Numbered from the stretch's first letter, positions 16,275 to 26,002 are shown. The stretch: DNA of 64,000 bases from Chloroflexota bacterium (GCA_013388745.1 JACAER010000043.1:6165-70164), one strand, 5' to 3'. Translations and numbers: made by a program. Notes: a model not told the origin generated them from the sequence alone.

Positions 16275-17274
16275 TCTCACAGGGCTTATACCGAAACTCG
16301 CCGGGCAGCGCATCCTGGTGGTCGGCGATGTGATTCTGGACGAGTATTTGACCGGGCGGGCGACGCGCATGAGCCGCGAAGCGCCTGTGCCTGTGCTGGA
16401 ACTGGAGGCGCGCCATGTGCTGCCTGGCGGCGCGGCCAACCCGGCGGCCAATATCGCCGCGCTCGGCAGCACCGCCTCGCTGGTCGGCGTAGTGGGTGCA
16501 GACCCCGCCGCCGAAACGCTGCGTCAGGTGTTGAATACGCGCGGCATCAGCGCACATCTGCTGTTGGACGACGCGACGCGCCCGACAACCGTCAAAATGC
16601 GCATTATGGCGCAGATGGGACTGCGTTTCCCGCAGCAGGTGGCGCGGTTGGATACGCTTTCGCGCGAGCCGATTTCGCCAGAGATCGAACGGCAGGTCGG
16701 CGTAGTGATCGCCGCGGAAATGCGCCGCGCCAACGCCGTGCTTGTCTCGGATTATCACACTGGGCTGCTGACGACCAGTCTGGTGAGCAGTGTGCGCACG
16801 ATGGCCGGCAACGCGGGCAGTATTCTGCTGGCGGCAGATGCGCAGGGCAGCCTGGAAAAATATGTCGGTTTCGCGCTGGTCAAGTGCAACGCCGACGAAG
16901 CGCGTGCCTATCTGGGGCGCGATCTGCGCACAGACCGCGATTTTGCCACCGCCGCCTTTGATCTGTGCAGCGGGCTGCAACTGACGGGCGCGATGTTCAT
17001 CACACGCGGCGCAGACGGCATTACGTGGGCGACGGGCGACGGCACCGTGTCGCATGCGCGCGCGCCTGCCGTCACGGATGTGTATGATACCGTCGGCGCG
17101 GGCGATACGGCCATCGCCGTCATCACACTGGCGGTGGGCGCGGGGGCCACTTATGCCGAAGCCGCTGCGCTCGCCAATTATGGCAGCGGACTGGTGGTGC
17201 GGCGTGTCGGCAATTACACCCCAGCGCGCGAAGAATTATTGTGGGCGCTGGAAACGTGGCGCAGCGAAGAATAA
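16267..17274 (+). CDS. PfkB-family sugar kinase, D-glycero-beta-D-manno-heptose-7-phosphate kinase-like (RfaE/HldE domain I)
   Basis: ILVVGDVILDEYLTGRATRMSREAPVPVL and DTVGAGDTAIA motifs. It overlaps the upstream GT gene by 8 nt. Confidence 0.8.
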   Translation: MADLTGLIPKLAGQRILVVGDVILDEYLTGRATRMSREAPVPVLELEARHVLPGGAANPAANIAALGSTASLVGVVGADPAAETLRQVLNTRGISAHLLLDDATRPTTVKMRIMAQMGLRFPQQVARLDTLSREPISPEIERQVGVVIAAEMRRANAVLVSDYHTGLLTTSLVSSVRTMAGNAGSILLAADAQGSLEKYVGFALVKCNADEARAYLGRDLRTDRDFATAAFDLCSGLQLTGAMFITRGADGITWATGDGTVSHARAPAVTDVYDTVGAGDTAIAVITLAVGAGATYAEAAALANYGSGLVVRRVGNYTPAREELLWALETWRSEE

Positions 17275-17306
17275 CCCCTATGTAGAACCGGAAAGATCGG
17301 CAAAAA

Positions 17307-18344
17307 ATGACGACAGCTTATGTGACCCATGGGCGTTACCCCGAACACGATCTGATGCACCACCCGGAACATGCCGGGCGTATCCGCGCCGTTTGGCAGC
17401 GGTTGGAAGAAGCGGGTGTGCTGCCGCAGTTGCAGCGCAGCACGCCGGATGAAATCCCGCTGGAGACGCTGGCGCTGGTGCATGCGCAGACTTACCTGGA
17501 CAAGCTGGCGCAGATACGCGATATGCAGCTCAAGCAGGTGGCCTTGCTGGACGCCGATACATACTTCGCCCCAAATTCCTATACCATCGCGCGGCTTTCG
17601 GCGGGCGGTGTCGTGCGCGCGGTGGACGAAGTGCTGGCGGGGCGGGCGGATAATGCGCTGGCGGCGGTGCGCCCGCCGGGGCACCACGCCATGCCGGAGT
17701 ACGCCATGGGCTTCTGCTTGTTCGGCAATATTGCGCTGGCGGCCCGTTATGCGCAGCAGCACTACGCGCTCAAGCGTGTGCTGATCGTCGATTATGACGT
17801 GCATCACGGCAACGGCACGCAGGCCATGTTCTATGATGATCCGAGTGTTTTGTTCGTCTCAACCCATCAGTATCCGTTTTATCCCGGCACGGGCGCGCTG
17901 AACGAAACGGGCAGGGGCGCGGGCACAGGCTATACGCTGAATGTGCCGCTGCAAGGCGGGCACGGCGACAAAAGCTTCGCGCAGATTTTTGAGCGCGTGC
18001 TGTGGCCGGCAGCGCAGCGTTTTCAGCCGGAACTGCTTCTGGTTTCGGCAGGTTTTGACGCCCATTTTGCCGACCCGCTGGCGCAGATGCGCCTGAGCTT
18101 AAGCGGCTACGCACATATCACGCGCGAATTAATCGCCATGGCGCGCCAGTTGTGCGGCGGCAAAATCGTCTTTGTGATGGAAGGCGGCTATAACCTGGAA
18201 GTGCTGAGCAACGGCGTGCTGAACATTGTTTATGCGCTGTTGGGCGCGCCGACGGTCAGCGACCCGCTGGGGCCCAATTACAAGACGGAACCGGATGTCA
18301 CGCCGCTGGTGGATAAAGTGCGCGAGATTCATGGCCTAAGCTAA
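17307..18344 (+). CDS. histone deacetylase-family (AcuC/Aph-like) deacetylase
   Basis: RPPGHHA, IVDYDVHHGNGTQ and EGGYN motifs in a 345-aa ORF. Confidence 0.9.
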   Translation: MTTAYVTHGRYPEHDLMHHPEHAGRIRAVWQRLEEAGVLPQLQRSTPDEIPLETLALVHAQTYLDKLAQIRDMQLKQVALLDADTYFAPNSYTIARLSAGGVVRAVDEVLAGRADNALAAVRPPGHHAMPEYAMGFCLFGNIALAARYAQQHYALKRVLIVDYDVHHGNGTQAMFYDDPSVLFVSTHQYPFYPGTGALNETGRGAGTGYTLNVPLQGGHGDKSFAQIFERVLWPAAQRFQPELLLVSAGFDAHFADPLAQMRLSLSGYAHITRELIAMARQLCGGKIVFVMEGGYNLEVLSNGVLNIVYALLGAPTVSDPLGPNYKTEPDVTPLVDKVREIHGLS

Positions 18345-18793
18345 TGCGGTGTGCCGTTGTCTTCCTGCGCGGCGCGGTTTTCGGCGGCGCGTTCGATACG
18401 CTGCACGATCACCAGAATGCTCCACATAATCAGCACGGCCGCCAGCGCCAGCAGCCAGGCCCCCGCGCCGACGGCCATGCCCACCGCCGCTGTCGCCCAG
18501 ATGCTCGCGGCTGTCGTCAGATTTTTTACGCCGCCATGATCGGCTTTGATAATCGTGCCCGCGCCCAAAAAGCCAATGCCTACGACGATATTGGCGGCGA
18601 TGCGCGTGGTATCGCTGCTCGGAAAAGCATAGATCGACAGCAGCGTAAACAGGCACGCGCCCATGCCCACCAGCATATGCGTGCGCACCCCTGCCGGATG
18701 TTTGGTGCGCTCGCGGTCAATGCCGATCAGCGCGGAAAGCAGCGCGGCGATGAGCAGATGAAAGACGACCAGCGCCTGAGTTTCGAGCGGCAT
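18341..18793 (-). CDS. MgtC/SapB family membrane protein
   Basis: 150 aa, 4-5 TM. GIDRERTKHPAGVRTHMLV and TAASIWATAAVGMAVG motifs. Confidence 0.85.
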   Translation of the reverse strand: MPLETQALVVFHLLIAALLSALIGIDRERTKHPAGVRTHMLVGMGACLFTLLSIYAFPSSDTTRIAANIVVGIGFLGAGTIIKADHGGVKNLTTAASIWATAAVGMAVGAGAWLLALAAVLIMWSILVIVQRIERAAENRAAQEDNGTPH

Positions 18794-18833
18794 AGGCAGT
18801 CTTTAACCGTATATTAAACTTCTTAACTTTATT

Positions 18834-18860
18834 ATAAAACAAAAGGGGCGTTTTGCCCCT
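18834..18860 (-). terminator. intrinsic terminator after the dynamin-like gene pair
   Basis: Minus strand reads AGGGGC-AAAAC-GCCCCT followed by TTTTGTTTTAT. It lies about 40 nt downstream of the stop at 18898. Confidence 0.65.
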
Positions 18861-18897
18861 GATGTTTTTGCCTGTGCCCTTAATGTTTTGCTGGCGC

Positions 18898-20694
18898 TTA
18901 TTTGCTCTCCTGCACCCCTGTGCGCAGCGCCTCGATCTGCTGCTGGTGGGCGCGGAAGGTGGCCTGCTGGTTGGCGTAGCGCTGCGCCAGCACATCCAGC
19001 CGGCTGAAAATCGGCGTGAGCACCTGATTGCCATACTGGGTCAGGCGCGCGCGCTCTTTTTGCACCAGTTCGTCCAGCGCCGTATGGTACTTGGCCAGCA
19101 GTTGATCGACGCGCGCGTTAAATTCATTCTTGTTCTTGGACACCGAATTACGCACGTAGCGCCAGGCGAAAATGCCGCTTACGGCACTGGCGGCAATCGC
19201 TACCGGCGGGAAGATCGTCCCTACCGCCCCGGCGATCAGCGGCCCCCTGGTGATCGCTTCCAGCGCCAGGAAGATCAAGCCGCCCGCCGCCACCAGCGAA
19301 GTGACGGTGAAGCCGGTCATGTTGCTCTGGAAATTGCTGCGCAGATCGTCCAGCACATCGCCTTTGGAATAGGTTTTCAGTTCATTTTCGGCGATACGGA
19401 TGGCTTCTTGCAGGCTTTCGCGTTGTTCGGCGTAGACGCCCGCGTCCAGCCCGCCGATTTCCTGTTCCAGCACATCCTTAAGCTGGTTGAGACGATCAAT
19501 CACGCCGCGCCAGTATAAACGGCTGTGGTCAATCACGGCATTAACATAATCGCCCGTCGCCTCGTTGACATCGCGCAGCGCCCGCCCGATCACCACACTT
19601 TGGAACTCCTGCTGCATGGCCTCTTTGTTCAGCGTGCGTCCGATACGCCGGATCGACAACTGTGAATCGATGAACACCATACCGCGTTCACGAATGCCTT
19701 CCAGCACCTTGTCGATTTCGTCGCGCGTGCTGCGAAGCTGTTCATTCAAGCCCTGCGCCTGCCGCTGGAATTCGCTTTGCACATCGCGCACTTTGCCCGT
19801 ATCGGCGGCCACATGATCGGCATTAGATTTCACCAGCTCGGCATGTTTGCCGATAATGCGCTCGGCGGTATCCAACTGCGTCAGCAGCTTTTGTTTGGCG
19901 GGCGAAATTTCGCTAAAAACGCCGCGCAGGTGCGCGCGCACCGCTTCGACCCCGCCGATGCCGCTCTCTGCGCCGCTTTCGGCGCCGTCGCGCTGGCGGC
20001 GGGCGGCCAGCGCTTCTTTGGCGGAAACCATGAACAGCAGCGGTTGAATGCCTAACAGTTCGAACACCTGGCTTTCGACAAAGCGGCGTACTTCCTGCTG
20101 TTCGTTGGGCTTGAGCAGGTCGATCTGATTCATCACCAGGATGATCTTTTTGCCGTAGTTTTTCGCCAGTTCGAGGTACAAACGCTCGGTTTCGGCGAAG
20201 GCGCGCTTGGCAGAAATGACGAAAATCACCAGATCGCTGCGGTGTAAAAAGGATTTGGCCGTGTGTTCGTGCTTCTGAAAGACTGAACCCGTGCCGGGCG
20301 TATCGACAATCGCTACACCGGGCGCGCCGGTGTTGGGGTGCGTCCATTCGCGGATACCGCTTTCGCGAAGCTGTGGCGTGCGTGTGGGGATCTCGCCGTA
20401 GCGGATCAGTTCGATCGCTTCGGTCGTCGGCGTGATGCCCATCGGCAGCAGTTCTTCGCCCAGCAGCGCGTTAATAAACGACGACTTGCCGGCGTTGAAT
20501 TCGCCGATGACGACGACGAGGAAAAAGGCGGCGCGCAAATCCTGGGCGATCTCCAGCAGACGCTGGCGGTCTTCCTGCGCCTGTTCGCCGACATCGGTCA
20601 GCGTGGTCGCCATTTCGTTCAGCAGGCGAATCTCCGATTCGCGCAAGGCGGCTAACGGGCCATCGAGGGCGGTCACTTGTGCGTTGATCGTCAT
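18898..20694 (-). CDS. bacterial dynamin-like protein (BDLP), downstream paralog
   Basis: 598 aa. G1 GEFNAGKSS, G3 VDTPGTGS, G4 NQID, long helical stalk, hydrophobic paddle (VTSLVAAGGLIFLALE...IAASAVSGIFAW). Confidence 0.9.
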   Translation of the reverse strand: MTINAQVTALDGPLAALRESEIRLLNEMATTLTDVGEQAQEDRQRLLEIAQDLRAAFFLVVVIGEFNAGKSSFINALLGEELLPMGITPTTEAIELIRYGEIPTRTPQLRESGIREWTHPNTGAPGVAIVDTPGTGSVFQKHEHTAKSFLHRSDLVIFVISAKRAFAETERLYLELAKNYGKKIILVMNQIDLLKPNEQQEVRRFVESQVFELLGIQPLLFMVSAKEALAARRQRDGAESGAESGIGGVEAVRAHLRGVFSEISPAKQKLLTQLDTAERIIGKHAELVKSNADHVAADTGKVRDVQSEFQRQAQGLNEQLRSTRDEIDKVLEGIRERGMVFIDSQLSIRRIGRTLNKEAMQQEFQSVVIGRALRDVNEATGDYVNAVIDHSRLYWRGVIDRLNQLKDVLEQEIGGLDAGVYAEQRESLQEAIRIAENELKTYSKGDVLDDLRSNFQSNMTGFTVTSLVAAGGLIFLALEAITRGPLIAGAVGTIFPPVAIAASAVSGIFAWRYVRNSVSKNKNEFNARVDQLLAKYHTALDELVQKERARLTQYGNQVLTPIFSRLDVLAQRYANQQATFRAHQQQIEALRTGVQESK

Positions 20695-20713
20695 AGCATT
20701 CCTCCGGGCTGTC

Positions 20714-22561
20714 TCAGAGACCCAGAATATTCTTCTTCCCCATGGTGGTCAGCGCGGATTCGATGCCGACCATTTCGCGCTCGGCGCTTTGCAACTGGTT
20801 CAACTGCTCGGTTTGCAGTGTAATCTGCGAATCGATCAGGCGCGTCAGGGGCGCGACGGCATCGCGGCGAAGCTGCATCCCGTAGGCGATCTGCTTATCG
20901 GCGGCTCTGGAAAGCGTGTCGATATAGCGCGTCTGTAAGTGCAACAGGCGCGCGGCGCGGGCAGTCGCCATGAAACGCCCCCGCAGCGGCATAATCAGCA
21001 GCCCCAGCAGCCCCAGCGCCAGCAGCACAATCAGCAGAATAAACGGAAGCTGCGGCGTATCCGGCGACGCGGCCAGCGTGCCCCATGTACCAAACAGGGC
21101 GACGCCGAAAATCACCAGCAGCAGTTCATAGGCCCCCAGATACATGAGCGCGTTGCGCCAACTGCTTTGAATCTTCTGCGTTTCGAGCTGTTTGGCCTCG
21201 TTTTCGATCTGTTCCAGATCGGGGCGGGTTTGCTGCAAGGCGCTGCGATCATATTGCAGCGGTGCGCGCACCTGGCCGATCACTTTGCCACGAATGGAAT
21301 CGGGCAGCGCCTCGATCTCTTTTTGCGCGTATTTGACCAGCGCGTCGATGTCCTGCACGTCGCGGCCTTCCAGCCGCGGCCCCAGTTTATCGACGGCGGC
21401 GGGCAGTTCTTCGATCGGTTCGAGCACTTTGTGGCGCGTGAACACTTCGTCGATATCGGTTTTGCCGCGCATCCGCCGCAGCACACCCGCCACGCCTATC
21501 AGTTCCAGCACGCCGCGCCCGACCGAACCCGGCGCCTTGCCCAAACTGAAGATTTCGCGCAGCGCCGCCGTGCCGCGTTCAGCAGAATCTGAGAATTTGC
21601 TGCGCACGCTGTCGTTGGTTTCGCGCACGGTTTTTTCCTGTTCGCGCTGGCAGGCGGCCAACTGCTGCTCGACATTATCGCCGATGCGGCGGTAAGTATC
21701 GAGCGCGGCCTGGTTGGCGCGCACGGCGCTCAGCGCGGCCTGATGCACGTTCTGGACGATTTGCAGCGGTGTTTGCAGCTTTTGGCGCAGGCGGTCAACA
21801 TCGCTCAACTGTTGATCGATGTACTGTTCAAGCTGCGCCAGCCCGCTGGCCTCCCAGCCCGCCGCATCCAGCCCGTTCTGGCGCGCATCCAGCCCGCGCC
21901 GCGCGGAAATCATCCAGATTTCGGGCTTAAAGCCCAGGCGCGTCTTGCTCTGTTCCAGCACATATTCGCGCACGGTGTTGGCTTCTTCGTCGGTCAGCAG
22001 ATCCACCTGATTGATGACGATGATAACTTTTTTGCCGAACTCCTTGAGCGTTTGCAGGTATTCCAGATTACTGGCGGTCATGGCCTGCGTCGCCAGCATT
22101 ACCAGCAGCACCACATCGCTGCGGTGCAAAAAGGCGCGCGTGGCCTGTTCGTGCTTCTGCATGACCGATTGCAGGCCGGGCGTATCGACAAAGCTGACTT
22201 TTTTGAGCAGCGGCGAAGGGAAAAAGACTGTGTCCACTTCGCCGCCGGAGTGCATGCGTTGGGGTTCGTCGCCGTAGCGCAAAATGGCGATGCGATCAGT
22301 GGTCGGCACCGGGCCGACAGGCAGCAGTTCTTCCTGCCCCAGCAGCGCGTTGATGATGCTGGACTTGCCAGAACTGAAGGGGCCGACAAACACCATCAAA
22401 AAAGGGTGGTCGGCGTGGAAGAGCGCATCGCGCACCTGGCCGATGCGGCTTTCTTCCAGGTTATCGACGCGCGGCAGCACTTCCAGCAGGTTGGTAATCA
22501 ATTCGTATTCGCGGCGACGAATCGCCTCGTAATCCAGCGCCAGTTTCGTTTCGGCGGCCAA
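20714..22561 (-). CDS. bacterial dynamin-like protein (BDLP), upstream paralog
   Basis: 615 aa. G1 GPFSSGKSS, G3 VDTPGLQS, G4 NQVD, two hydrophobic segments (LLLVIFGVALFG / FILLIVLLALGLLGLLIM). Confidence 0.9.
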   Translation of the reverse strand: MAAETKLALDYEAIRRREYELITNLLEVLPRVDNLEESRIGQVRDALFHADHPFLMVFVGPFSSGKSSIINALLGQEELLPVGPVPTTDRIAILRYGDEPQRMHSGGEVDTVFFPSPLLKKVSFVDTPGLQSVMQKHEQATRAFLHRSDVVLLVMLATQAMTASNLEYLQTLKEFGKKVIIVINQVDLLTDEEANTVREYVLEQSKTRLGFKPEIWMISARRGLDARQNGLDAAGWEASGLAQLEQYIDQQLSDVDRLRQKLQTPLQIVQNVHQAALSAVRANQAALDTYRRIGDNVEQQLAACQREQEKTVRETNDSVRSKFSDSAERGTAALREIFSLGKAPGSVGRGVLELIGVAGVLRRMRGKTDIDEVFTRHKVLEPIEELPAAVDKLGPRLEGRDVQDIDALVKYAQKEIEALPDSIRGKVIGQVRAPLQYDRSALQQTRPDLEQIENEAKQLETQKIQSSWRNALMYLGAYELLLVIFGVALFGTWGTLAASPDTPQLPFILLIVLLALGLLGLLIMPLRGRFMATARAARLLHLQTRYIDTLSRAADKQIAYGMQLRRDAVAPLTRLIDSQITLQTEQLNQLQSAEREMVGIESALTTMGKKNILGL

Positions 22562-22746
22562 GCTTTCACCTACCTATCTGAAAATTACGACACTAGCAGA
22601 ATGGCTATTGCGGTTCATTATCGCACTTTGTTATAAGATATACATCAGGATAACCCGCCTTGCCGCGCGAAACAATACTCACTCTTAGGGGGTCGTAATT
22701 TTTGCTGTAAACGATAGTTACAGCGTATACAGGGGGCAATACACGG

Positions 22747-24780
22747 ATGAGCGATTACGAGCGGATACTGGCACTGCGCGACCGCCAATTGGATTTTGTG
22801 CGCGCCCTGGATGCGGCGCGCGACGCGCTCGACGAGGACGGCGATCCGCAGGCGATGTTTCAGGCGTTGGCGGAACTGCTGTGCGCGCATTTGCAGGCCG
22901 AAGCCGCTGGCATCCTGCTGTTGGCCGAAACCAGCGAGGAGATCGAGAGTCTGGTGTATGTGGGCAGCAGCCAGCAAGTGGCTATCGACTTGTGCCGGCA
23001 AGCGCTGCCGTTATCCGCTCCCGGCAGGCTTGTCAGCCCGGAATGGGCGCATGTGCTGGGCGCGCACATCATGCTGCACGACGCGCCGTACCCTCTGGGG
23101 GCGCTGTTTGTCGCGCGGCATACGCCGTTTGACGATGAGGCGCTTGATCTGCTGCGCCTGGCCGAATCGCAGCTTGACTCGGCGGTGATTCAGGCGCGCG
23201 CCATCTGGAAGCTGGCGCAGCGCAACCGCGAACTGGAAGCCATTTACCAGATTGACCGGATGCGCGACACGATGGCCTCCGAAACTGAGTTGATTCAACG
23301 CCTGACGCTGCTGCTGCTGGAGCAGTTCCGGGCCGAACTGTGCCTGTTCTTCCTCAGCCATATCGATCAGGGCGATCTGATGATGCGCGGGGTGGTCGAT
23401 AAGCGCGATCTGCCGCCGGATGCGCTGGAAACTATTCGCGATCTGGCGGCGCAAATCGTCATCCCGCAAGTGCTGCCGACGCCGTTAATTGTCGCCGAAC
23501 TGACGCTGCTGGCCGCGCCGTTTATTGTCTCCGGTGTGCGGCTGGGCGCCGTGGTGATCGGGCGTCAGCAGCCGTTCTCGCTGGGCGATCACCGCCTGCT
23601 CTACGCTATGATGAGCCAGATGGACTCGGCGATTGTTTACACCCGCATCGCGATGCAGTTGGCGCAGCGCAACCGCGAGCTGGAAACGATCTACCGTCTT
23701 GACCGTGTGCGTGATCAGGACATCGAATTCGACAAAATGCTGCAACAGGTGTTATCAGAACTGTGCAAGGCGGTGGTCTGCGAAGCCGGCTATATCATGC
23801 TCTACAAAGAGCGCAGCGAAGAATCGCTGGAACTGAAAGCCATCACCGACGAAGGCTTCCTGGCCGCGCCGGAAAATCAGAACTATATCCGCCATCTGTC
23901 GCGCAGGGCGCTGGAGCGTGGCGAGCAGATTCACGAGGTGAACGAAGACGGCGCCATTCGTTCGATTGCCGCCGTGCCGCTGATTCTCAACGAACGGGTG
24001 ATCGGCGTCTTCGGCGTGATCAACAGCCCCAACGCGCGCGGCTTCAACGCCGAAGACCGGCGTATGTTGTCGGCTATCACCAGCCAGGTCGATACAGCGA
24101 TTTTTGAGCGTATCGAACGGCGGCGGATGCGCAAACTGCTGACGCGCTCGGTAGACCCCAAAGTGCTGGAACATCTGCTGCTGAACGCCGATGAAGATTT
24201 GCTGGCGGGCGAACGGGTATCGATCAGCGTGTTGTTTGCCGATATTCGCGGTTCTACCGAATGGGCAGAACGCATCCCGGCGGAAGAACTAGTGGCGAGC
24301 ATCAACATTTTTCTGGGGCGTATGGTTGATGTGATTTTTAAGCACGCGGGCACGCTGGATAAATTCGTCGGCGATGAAGTTATCGGGCTGTTCGGCACGC
24401 CGCTGCCAATGAAAGATCACGCGCTGATTGCCTGCCGCGCCGCGCTGGAAATGCAGGCGGTACACCAGCAGTTGCAGGCGGAAATGGCGGCGCAGGGGCG
24501 TGAACTGCCGCCTATCGGCATCGGCATCAGTTCTGGCGAGGCCATCGCGGGCGAATTCGGCCCGCCATCGCGGGCGGAATTCACGGCCATGGGGCGCATC
24601 GTCAATCTGGGGGCGCGCTTGTGCGGGGCGGCCAAAGCCGGGCAGGTCATCATCAGCCCGACAACCCATGAACTGCTGGCGGGGCGGGCGCGCACCGTCG
24701 AACTGGAAGCGATTTCGCCCAAAGGCATCAGCGGCCCGGTGCAAATCTACGATCTGCTGGAGGTCGATTGGAAATTATAA
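22747..24780 (+). CDS. multi-GAF class III adenylate/guanylate cyclase
   Basis: 677 aa. Repeated GAF-like segments each followed by LAQRNRELE(A/T)IY. C-terminal cyclase motifs VLFADIRGSTEW and FVGDEVIGLFGTP. Confidence 0.9.
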   Translation: MSDYERILALRDRQLDFVRALDAARDALDEDGDPQAMFQALAELLCAHLQAEAAGILLLAETSEEIESLVYVGSSQQVAIDLCRQALPLSAPGRLVSPEWAHVLGAHIMLHDAPYPLGALFVARHTPFDDEALDLLRLAESQLDSAVIQARAIWKLAQRNRELEAIYQIDRMRDTMASETELIQRLTLLLLEQFRAELCLFFLSHIDQGDLMMRGVVDKRDLPPDALETIRDLAAQIVIPQVLPTPLIVAELTLLAAPFIVSGVRLGAVVIGRQQPFSLGDHRLLYAMMSQMDSAIVYTRIAMQLAQRNRELETIYRLDRVRDQDIEFDKMLQQVLSELCKAVVCEAGYIMLYKERSEESLELKAITDEGFLAAPENQNYIRHLSRRALERGEQIHEVNEDGAIRSIAAVPLILNERVIGVFGVINSPNARGFNAEDRRMLSAITSQVDTAIFERIERRRMRKLLTRSVDPKVLEHLLLNADEDLLAGERVSISVLFADIRGSTEWAERIPAEELVASINIFLGRMVDVIFKHAGTLDKFVGDEVIGLFGTPLPMKDHALIACRAALEMQAVHQQLQAEMAAQGRELPPIGIGISSGEAIAGEFGPPSRAEFTAMGRIVNLGARLCGAAKAGQVIISPTTHELLAGRARTVELEAISPKGISGPVQIYDLLEVDWKL

Positions 24781-24928
24781 GGGTGTTGTTCGATGCCATA
24801 TTTAGTCGGCGAGAAGTCTGGCTGCGGCTTGGTTTGACTCGCGTCTGGCAAGGCTGGCGCTGGCTGCCAGTCAGCGGAATGCACACTTTTCCCGATGATC
24901 TATATGGCAAATATTTGGCGGATTTCCA

Positions 24929-26002
24929 ATGAAAAGTCTTCTCACCTCCGACATTCCGGCGCTGCTGGCCGACCGCTTTAAGACGCTGCGTTATGACGAC
25001 GCGCAGCGCGCTGTGATTGTGCTCGACCGCCGCAAGTACCCATTCACCACCGAATTTGTCATCCTACGCACCTATGAAGAAGTCGCGCAGGCGGTCGAAG
25101 ACATGACCGTACAGGGGGGGCCGCCGCTGGCCTATGTCGCTGGACTGGGGCTGGCGCTGGCCGCGCGCGATCTCGATGCCTCCGCCGCGCGCCAAGCGGC
25201 GTATCTGGAGCAGGTGGCGCGCCGGCTGCTGGCGACACGCCCCACCGCCGACGACCTCAAGCAGATCGTCCCGGCGGCCTTACAGGCGGCGCAAAACGCC
25301 CTGCGCGCGGGCCAGGACCCGCATCGCGCAGTGCTGGATTATGTCAACGGCCAGATCGCGCACGGCAACGAAGTCGCGCGGCTGTGCGGCGAACACGCGG
25401 CGCGGCTGGTCAACGACGGCGACCAGATTTTGACGCACTGTTTCGCTGGCGCGGCGTTGTGCTGGATGCTGTGGACAGCGAAAATGCAGGGCAAAACGAT
25501 CACCCTGGTCGGCTGCGAAACGCGCCCATACCTGCAAGGCGCGCGCCTGACAGCGGCTTCCGCAGTCGAGCTGGGCATTGACTTCAAGCTGATTACCGAT
25601 GGTATGGCTGCGCATCTGATGGCAACAGGCCGGCTCGACAAATTCATCTGCGCGGCGGATCGCATCACGCTCGACGGCCATATCACCAACAAAGTAGGCA
25701 CGCTGACACACGCCATCACCGCGGCGCATTTCGGCAGGCCGTTTTATGTGCTGGGTTACGACGGCCCCGACCCGCAGACTGCTACCGGCGCGGACATCCC
25801 GATCGAAGAACGCCAGCCCGACGAGGTGTTTTACGCGCGCGGGGCAGAAGGCACGGTGCGCACGGCGGTGCCGGGTATTGGGGGCTACTATCCGGCCTTC
25901 GATGTCACGCCGCCGCATCTGGTCAGCGCCATTTGCACCGACAGGGGCATTTTCGCGCCCGCCACGATCCGCGATTACTTCGCGCAGGAGCCGGGGCGTT
26001 AG
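24929..26002 (+). CDS. eIF-2B alpha/beta/delta-family isomerase (MtnA / ribose-1,5-bisphosphate isomerase-like)
   Basis: 357 aa. ILTHCFAGAA (Cys-loop region) and AADRITLDGHITNKVGT. It deviates from the canonical MtnA VRGAPAI motif (VQGGPPLA here). Confidence 0.75.
   Translation: MKSLLTSDIPALLADRFKTLRYDDAQRAVIVLDRRKYPFTTEFVILRTYEEVAQAVEDMTVQGGPPLAYVAGLGLALAARDLDASAARQAAYLEQVARRLLATRPTADDLKQIVPAALQAAQNALRAGQDPHRAVLDYVNGQIAHGNEVARLCGEHAARLVNDGDQILTHCFAGAALCWMLWTAKMQGKTITLVGCETRPYLQGARLTAASAVELGIDFKLITDGMAAHLMATGRLDKFICAADRITLDGHITNKVGTLTHAITAAHFGRPFYVLGYDGPDPQTATGADIPIEERQPDEVFYARGAEGTVRTAVPGIGGYYPAFDVTPPHLVSAICTDRGIFAPATIRDYFAQEPGR

Noticed and set aside
14382-17055. Long minus-strand ORFs (14382..15275, 15333..15986, 16057..17055) antisense to the GT9-GT26 and kinase genes
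   Set aside because: Arg-rich translations without motifs. The plus strand shows clear GT9, GT26 and PfkB motifs.
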